From contig JAKMXF010000110.1 in assembly GCA_024704765.1 (NCBI GenBank), forward strand, positions 124,001-188,000: a stretch of 64,000 nucleotides of DNA. Direction: 5' to 3'. Positions within the stretch are counted from its first letter, which is position 1, and every line of letters begins with the position of its first letter. Below, in pieces: positions 57,858 through 64,000 of the stretch. Under the pieces are notes generated by a model that ran no database searches, had not been told where the DNA came from, and was given only the letters and a program-made list of their open reading frames with translations. Made by a program: the position numbers and the translations under genes. The DNA is from Oopsacas minuta (lineage: Eukaryota; Animalia; Porifera).

Positions 57858-58909
57858 ATGAATACTTACAAAGGGAATCACGGTCAGGAAAAAGCAAGCG
57901 GTTATGATTTTAAAGGAGTAGTAGATGTACCCAAATTGGTTGAGCAAAGCTATTACGAACAGCAAGTAGACGAACCAGAGTCAGGATATTTTAAAACATT
58001 CTTCAAAGTAGCAGCTGGTGTAGTCATTGGAGGAGTGGGTACAGCAGTTGTAATAATCGCAGTTTCTGTGTCAGTACCGCTTCTAATTGGAGCAACTGTT
58101 GTTGGAGTGGGAGCAGCAGCTGGGGGTGCTGTTGGAGGCATTGTTGGAGCAAAAATATATGACAAAAGTAAATGCCACTCAGTTCAAATACTAATTTCAA
58201 CATTCGATGGGAGAGACATAAGCTTGGTTATGCAATCGAACAATGACACGATCCAACAGTTGAAAGTACGCATCCAACAAAAATTAGGAATAAAACCAGA
58301 GAGTCAATGCTTAAGTTACCAAGGGATACCATTAGAAGATACAAACACTCTAGAAAGTTATAATATAACTAACAATTCAACGATTACATTGTCTATAAGA
58401 ATCCAAGGTGGTTCTTCAAGAGATCTCTACTTTATAGATCATACTTATATGGATCCTTCTTGGGATTATGACTTCACTAACATAAGTGATGGGGATACTA
58501 AGTTCATGAGAGGAGGATATCCATACTATAGACCTTGTGGATGGAAGAGAATAGCTATTAAAGTGTTAGGGAAGTATTCTGATGAAAAATGGCTGGACAC
58601 ACTGGTAACAAAGGTGAATGGGCAGTAACCTACCATGGAACGGAAAAAGGTGTGTTTGACAATATTTGTAACCAAGGGTATAAAGTAGGAAAAAAAGAGG
58701 CATATGGCAAAGGTGTTTACTCAGCACCTGATATTAATGAGGCCAAACGTTATGCAACGAAATTTCCATTCAATGGAGTTGAATATTTGGGAATATTTCA
58801 GAACAGAGTAAATCCAAAAGGTGTGAATATAGTGAATGACAGAAAGTACTGGGTATGTCCAGATTCAAATGATATCAGACCGTATGGTCTGTGTCTGAAA
58901 AGATGTTAG
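57858..58909 (+). pseudogene. UBL-ART copy 3 (Gly-rich hydrophobic N-terminus), frameshifted at ~58595; pseudogene or assembly error
   Basis: ctggacac here versus ctgggacac/ctgggacgc in the other copies: one G is missing from a G run, splitting ORFs 57858-58628 and 58589-58909. UBL ends LSIRIQGG. Confidence 0.75.
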
Positions 58910-59592
58910 GACTCTTTGTTTTGAGACAACACGTTTGTTAGCTAGTGTACGTGTGTGTGTGTAGTATTACTTAGGTTATTTTTGTTTTGTTGCTCTAATG
59001 GTACATTAATTTCAATATTTGTAATTGTGTTAACTTTAATGAATTAAACAATAAGAAACGTGATTAAAATTATTACATCAATTAGTTGGTGTTAGTTGAA
59101 AATGTGTCACTAATCCTCCTCCTGTATCATTTTAGGCTATTTTCTCATTATTGTTGTAGGACAATTATCTTAAATACATTTACCGTGTGCTACATGAAAA
59201 TCATTACCCAAGAAATTTGAATTCTAGCACTCACAAAAAGCTTTTGGATAATATACAATCGAGGTTGCATTTAAAGAATTATAATATTGAATTACTGCCG
59301 AATGCAAAATATTATTTATGTAGTAATACCTTATTCAATTTCTAGTGATAACATGTAAATTACTAATACCATAAATACATTATACGAAAATAGGGAATAT
59401 GAGTTCAATTAGTGACAAAGGTTGAACTTAAGTACAAGATAAATAGCCTATAAATGCATCTAACAAATAAAGGAATTAAACCAAATTTTATCATCCACGA
59501 ACTACGACTCCATACAGATATACTACTTTGGAAGTTCAGATCCTATTAATCAAGCCACCAGAGAAATACTATCCTCCAGAAACGTTACAGAT

Positions 59593-61344
59593 ATGGTTAG
59601 CACAATTCAATTCGATTACCTATCATTCGTAGCTGCTGCCCTCAGTGCTCTAACAGAAAAGAACATAGTCACCAAGATAGAATATGACAGAATAAGTAGG
59701 CAAGTGAAGAGTGGTAAGAATGTGGAGTATGTTTGTGCTGGTGAAGTGAATGTAGTAGAAGAAATAAAACAAACTTATGCGAAAACAGCTGAGTTAGTTG
59801 CACAACGGTATATCCCTCCATCTGAGCGCGCTGAGTTATCACAAGCAATTCAACCAAACGCAGATGATACACCAAGTAGTTGGTTTGGATTATCGTACTT
59901 GAAATACAAGTACAAACAAACAAAAACAATTGAAATAGATGCAAAGAACAAAGTTTCGACAGACATATCGCTTCACAACAGCTCGAAAATAACCAAGGAA
60001 TCTATCCTTGAGAAAATGGGCGCTATTAGCAATTTCCAATTATTTGGTCAGAGTAAAAGTGATAACAAGACACAAAATAACACGGTTTGTTATTGCATGC
60101 CAACGATTCCAATTTCAGAGCCATTAACAACAAGATCAACTCACAGGCGAAGAAGTCAATACAAAGCAAATCCGCAACCCATTATTGAAGATGATCCCGC
60201 AAATTCAGATCAGGAGATTCGTGGGAGATTAAGTAGGGCGAGTTGGAAGAACATACAATTAACAAATAGTGTGCAAAAGCTAAGATCTTATGAAGATATT
60301 CACCAGGATTTATCAGACATTACACTGTGGCCAAATACCAAACCAAAGAAATATAGACAACACAGAAAACTGATTGAAGATAAGGATTCTGATCAATATG
60401 ACTCAGATTCGTCATTTGTAATAATCGAATCAATAACTGAAAAAGAAGGATTAATGAAAGGGAAGAAAGTTAACAGAGCACGTCACATATCAGAGAGGAA
60501 GGCAACACTATTTGACCAATATTCTAGTGAAGAATTTATAGATACACTTTATCATGACGCTTTAGGACCAGAGTTTATTTCAGATAAGATCGCCACAGGG
60601 AGAAAAGAACTAACCATCGATTTGCTCATAAATCTACCATCTGGGAATACTATCATAGTAGAAATGGAATCAAAATATTGTTTAGTGAATAATATAAAGT
60701 ATAAAATTAAGGAAAAGACAGGAATAGCAATAACAGAACAAGTTCTGCATTTTGGAGGCTATTTCTTGCGAGATGAGAAGGCACTACACGAATATAGCAT
60801 AAAGGCTAATTCTACTATCCATTTGAGTATTAAGGCTAAAGGAGGAGCGAAAGAACAATTGTTTTACATGAATTCTACTTATTTGGATCCTCCTTGGGAT
60901 TATGACTTCACTGACATAAGTGATGGGAGTACTAAGTTTATGAGAGGAGGACATCAATACTATAGACCTTGTGGATGGAAGAGAATAGCTATTAAAGTGA
61001 TAGGAAAGTATTCTGATGACAATTGGCTGGGACACACTGGTGCTAAAGGTGAATGGGCAGTAACCTACCATGGAACGGGCGAAGGTGCGTTTGACGATAT
61101 TTGTAGCCAAGGGTATAAAGTAGGAACAAGAGCGGCATATGGTAAAGGTGTTTACTCATCTCCTGATATTAACGTAGCCAAAGGTTATGCAAAAAAATTT
61201 ACATTCAATGGAGTTGAATATTTAGGAATATTTCAGAACAGAGTAAACCCAAAAGGAGTGAATATAGTGAATGATGGAAAGTACTGGGTATGTTCAAATC
61301 CCAACAACATCAGGCCGTATGGTCTGTGTGTAAAGAAATGTTAG
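59593..61344 (+). CDS. UBL-ART copy 4 with a long unique N-terminal region, 583 aa; the true start may be upstream (frame open back to 59464)
   Basis: UBL IDLLINLPSGNTIIVEM..IKYKIKEKTGIAITEQVLHFGGYFLRDEKALHEYSIKANSTIHLSIKAKGG, followed by the same ART domain. Confidence 0.85.
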   Translation: MVSTIQFDYLSFVAAALSALTEKNIVTKIEYDRISRQVKSGKNVEYVCAGEVNVVEEIKQTYAKTAELVAQRYIPPSERAELSQAIQPNADDTPSSWFGLSYLKYKYKQTKTIEIDAKNKVSTDISLHNSSKITKESILEKMGAISNFQLFGQSKSDNKTQNNTVCYCMPTIPISEPLTTRSTHRRRSQYKANPQPIIEDDPANSDQEIRGRLSRASWKNIQLTNSVQKLRSYEDIHQDLSDITLWPNTKPKKYRQHRKLIEDKDSDQYDSDSSFVIIESITEKEGLMKGKKVNRARHISERKATLFDQYSSEEFIDTLYHDALGPEFISDKIATGRKELTIDLLINLPSGNTIIVEMESKYCLVNNIKYKIKEKTGIAITEQVLHFGGYFLRDEKALHEYSIKANSTIHLSIKAKGGAKEQLFYMNSTYLDPPWDYDFTDISDGSTKFMRGGHQYYRPCGWKRIAIKVIGKYSDDNWLGHTGAKGEWAVTYHGTGEGAFDDICSQGYKVGTRAAYGKGVYSSPDINVAKGYAKKFTFNGVEYLGIFQNRVNPKGVNIVNDGKYWVCSNPNNIRPYGLCVKKC

Positions 61345-61883
61345 TGATATCTACTTTGATACAATGTCAGAGTTAATATGTTCGCTAGTGTGATGTTATA
61401 TAATTATCTATATATATCTGGGAATTTCGGTTTCGTTTTGTTGCTAATATAAATACGTCTAAATACTTGTTGTTTTGATGGCTATATTCATATAATACCT
61501 GACAAATAATGTGATGAAATGTATAATCTAGGATTCCTATTCTAAGAAGCAAATTAGTTAAGATTAATACCCGAGGTGTCCCGGTTAAGCTGCTTAGACT
61601 GTGTCTGGAAAAAAACGTAAATTAAAATTCAGTCACGTAGATATGCAATTATAAGATAAGGAATCATTGCTGAAAATATGATTCATATAGAAAATGAAAT
61701 ACAAGAGAATAGCTAATATCAAATACAATAATATCCCAGTCTATAAATATAAATTACATACTAATAAGTGATATTTGAAGCTACTAATACAATTTTCTGA
61801 TAAAATCCAAAAAGAAAATATCAGTCTACTAATAGAAGTCTAGAAGTGAGTTTGAATTTGTTATAATTATTAGGAGTGAAAAG

Positions 61884-61975
61884 CAGTAGAACACGGATAA
61901 GACATACCTCTTCAGGGGAAAGATAAGTACACACGTAATTACTATGCTAGTGTAAGTCTTATCTGAGTTCTGCTG
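61884..61975. mobile_element. Short MITE family A copy (another partial copy at ~16776-16826)
   Basis: cagtagaacacggataagac ... gtcttatctgagttctgctg followed by TA. Confidence 0.65.
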
Positions 61976-62215
61976 TATATCCAAATATATCAGTTGAGGT
62001 CTGTATCAATAATATATTGATTGAATAAACCATAGGACCCCGAGACTAACTTGGTTTCAGAGCAAATTCTGACATTGGTCAGACTTGTGCAATACAACAA
62101 CCGATGAGTAATTAGAAAATCTGATGAAATATCGGATTAATCAGACAAACCGTTAAGTTTTCAAAGTAGTTAATACTACCTCATTCAATCTACACATGTA
62201 TGATAGGAACTAGCC

Positions 62216-63199
62216 ATGAACAGACAAATGACAGGATATTTTGGGACATTATTGAAAGTAGCAGCTGGTGTAGTCATTGGAGCAGTGGGTGTTACCGTTG
62301 AAACAGCAGCTGTAATAATCGTTCTTGTATCAGTACCTATTCTAATTGGAGCAACTGCTGTGGGAGTGGGACTGGCAGCTGGAGGTGCCGCTGGGAGAGG
62401 TGCTGAGCGTGGTACAGTAGCAATTAACAAACATAGAACAGAGAGTAATTTCGATGGAAAAAGCAACACAATTCAAATATTCATTTTAAATAGCGATGGA
62501 AGTGATACATACTTAACTATGCCATCAAGTAAAGACAGGATTCGACAGTTGAAAGTACGCATCCAACAAAAATTAGGAGTAAACACACAGAATCAGTGCT
62601 TAAGGTACCAAGGCATACAATTAGAAGATACAAACACTCTAGAAAGTTACAATATAACTAATAATAATTCGACGATTAGATTGTCCATTGGAACTCAAGG
62701 CGGTTCAATAGGACAAGACTTCATTGATTCTATATATTTGGATCCTCATTGGGATCGTGACTACACTAACTTAACACGTGAGCATATTAAGCGTATGAGA
62801 GGAGGATATCAATACTATAGACCTTGTGGATGGAAGAGAATAGCTATTAAAGTGACAGGGAAGTATTCTGATGACAAATGGCTGGGACACACTGGTGCCA
62901 AAGGTGAATGGGCAGTAACCTACCATGGAACGAAACAGCCAGTATTTGAAAAGATTTGTGGTGAAGGGTATAAAGTAGGACCAAGAGCGGCATATGGTAA
63001 AGGTGTTTACTCATCACCTGATATTAACGTAGTCCAATGTTATGCATCACAATTTCAAATTAATGGAGTTGAATATTTGGGAATATTTCAGAACCGAGTA
63101 AACCCAAGTGGTGTGAATATAGTGTGTGCTGGAAAGTTCTGGGTATGTCCAGATCCAAAAGATATAAGGCCGTATGGTCTGTGTGTGAAAAGATGTTAG
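62216..63199 (+). CDS. UBL-ART copy 5 (Gly-rich hydrophobic N-terminus)
   Basis: LLKVAAGVVIGAVGV..VPILIGATAVGVGLAAGG; complete UBL IQIFILNSDG..IGTQGG; ART with YHGT, GVYSSP, GKFWV. Confidence 0.85.
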   Translation: MNRQMTGYFGTLLKVAAGVVIGAVGVTVETAAVIIVLVSVPILIGATAVGVGLAAGGAAGRGAERGTVAINKHRTESNFDGKSNTIQIFILNSDGSDTYLTMPSSKDRIRQLKVRIQQKLGVNTQNQCLRYQGIQLEDTNTLESYNITNNNSTIRLSIGTQGGSIGQDFIDSIYLDPHWDRDYTNLTREHIKRMRGGYQYYRPCGWKRIAIKVTGKYSDDKWLGHTGAKGEWAVTYHGTKQPVFEKICGEGYKVGPRAAYGKGVYSSPDINVVQCYASQFQINGVEYLGIFQNRVNPSGVNIVCAGKFWVCPDPKDIRPYGLCVKRC

Positions 63200-63717
63200 T
63201 GCTACTTCCGTGGAGACAATCTTAGAGTTGTATAATAGTTTGTGTGCTTAAATAAATTTCTATGATTGTGAATTGTATATTTCGTATATTAAAATACGTA
63301 AGTAATTATTTGGCTGTAAATTTCCCACGGGTCATCTAAATAATATCAGCAGCCTGGGTCAAAAGCATTAGCATAATGTACACACTTAATTAGGTAGGAA
63401 TATAAAGAAAGATCTTTAATGAGATTAGTACATTGGAATATCAAAAGAGATGATGTAATCTCCTATACAAATTGTAGAGAGATGATGTAATAAGAAATTA
63501 AGATATTTACTATAAATATATCGAAAAAAGATGAGAATAAATAATAGTTTTATCATCTTTGGGATTGCTTACTGATATACTACTATTAAAGAGGTACAAA
63601 TATTAATAATCAATTTACCAGCAAAATACTATAAGTATTCATTGTGAAGGTATGTTAATATAAATTAGAAATTAATAAATTAATAAAAAGTATTAGAATT
63701 ATGATGATAAATGTGTA

Positions 63718-63950
63718 TCATATGATAAATCTGAATTTGTAATTTCCGGCTTCGAAATTCTCGAAATCGGATTCTACACACCCAATTACCCCAGACAGCA
63801 TGTTAACACCATTACTTTAGAATTTCCCAAGGTGTGATAAATATGATTAATCGCCAAAAAGGTGTGAAAATGTAACTTTAGAAAGAATTCATACCTGAGG
63901 TGCAAATCTACGACCCAAAATGTATATGTATACCTATTTTCATATTAATC
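63718..63950 (+). repeat. Diverged copy of sequence at ~47393-47775, upstream of the GIMAP-Hint gene
   Basis: Shared blocks catatga..gaaattc..aaatcggattc, aaggtgtga.aaatatgattaatc..aaaaggtgtgaa and aattcatacc.gaggtgcaaatctac.accc, with an internal deletion. Confidence 0.7.
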
Positions 63951-64000
63951 TGACTGCATCTATAGTCACTGAAGATATTAGTAGACACATTATGTTTTAA

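Noticed and set aside
59620-59720. LSALTEKNIVTKIEYDRI in UBL-ART copy 4, resembling CARD helices 2-3
   Set aside because: Flanking helices do not fit a death fold by eye; needs a profile search before any claim.
1-64000. rRNA, tRNA, CRISPR arrays, autonomous transposases, reverse transcriptases
   Set aside because: None seen; the remaining short ORFs in the track are antisense shadows or AT-rich noise.

Overview
AT-rich eukaryotic genomic DNA with GT-AG introns. The gene set (LRP5/6-type receptor, GPI-anchored SOD-repeat proteins, GIMAP GTPase) is metazoan; a non-bilaterian such as a sponge is my inference from compactness and divergence. All family calls come from motif reading and remembered reference sequences, with no database search. 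Left to right: glutamate dehydrogenase (-, runs off the left edge); a divergent TOP6BL-like meiotic protein (-); a ZIP metal transporter (+); a five-exon cyclin absent from the ORF track as a gene (-), whose 5.65-kb third intron holds an acid-lipase pseudogene, an RNase T2 pseudogene fragment and two abutting long inverted repeats; TRMU/MnmA (-); an ectodomain-less LRP5/6 paralogue next to a full LRP5/6-like gene (-); two Cu-only SOD-repeat GPI proteins (+); 13-exon CDC37 (-); a Rab5/22-group Rab (-); GH35 beta-galactosidase (-); a small basic coiled-coil ORF (-). From 48 kb to the end lies an accessory, probably immune, locus: an AIG1/GIMAP GTPase fused to an intein-like Hint domain, followed by five ubiquitin-like + ADP-ribosyltransferase-like (UBL-ART) genes with swapped N-termini and a relic sixth copy. 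This Hint/UBL/ART locus is the best candidate for an undescribed system. Several TA-flanked MITEs are scattered through the window.
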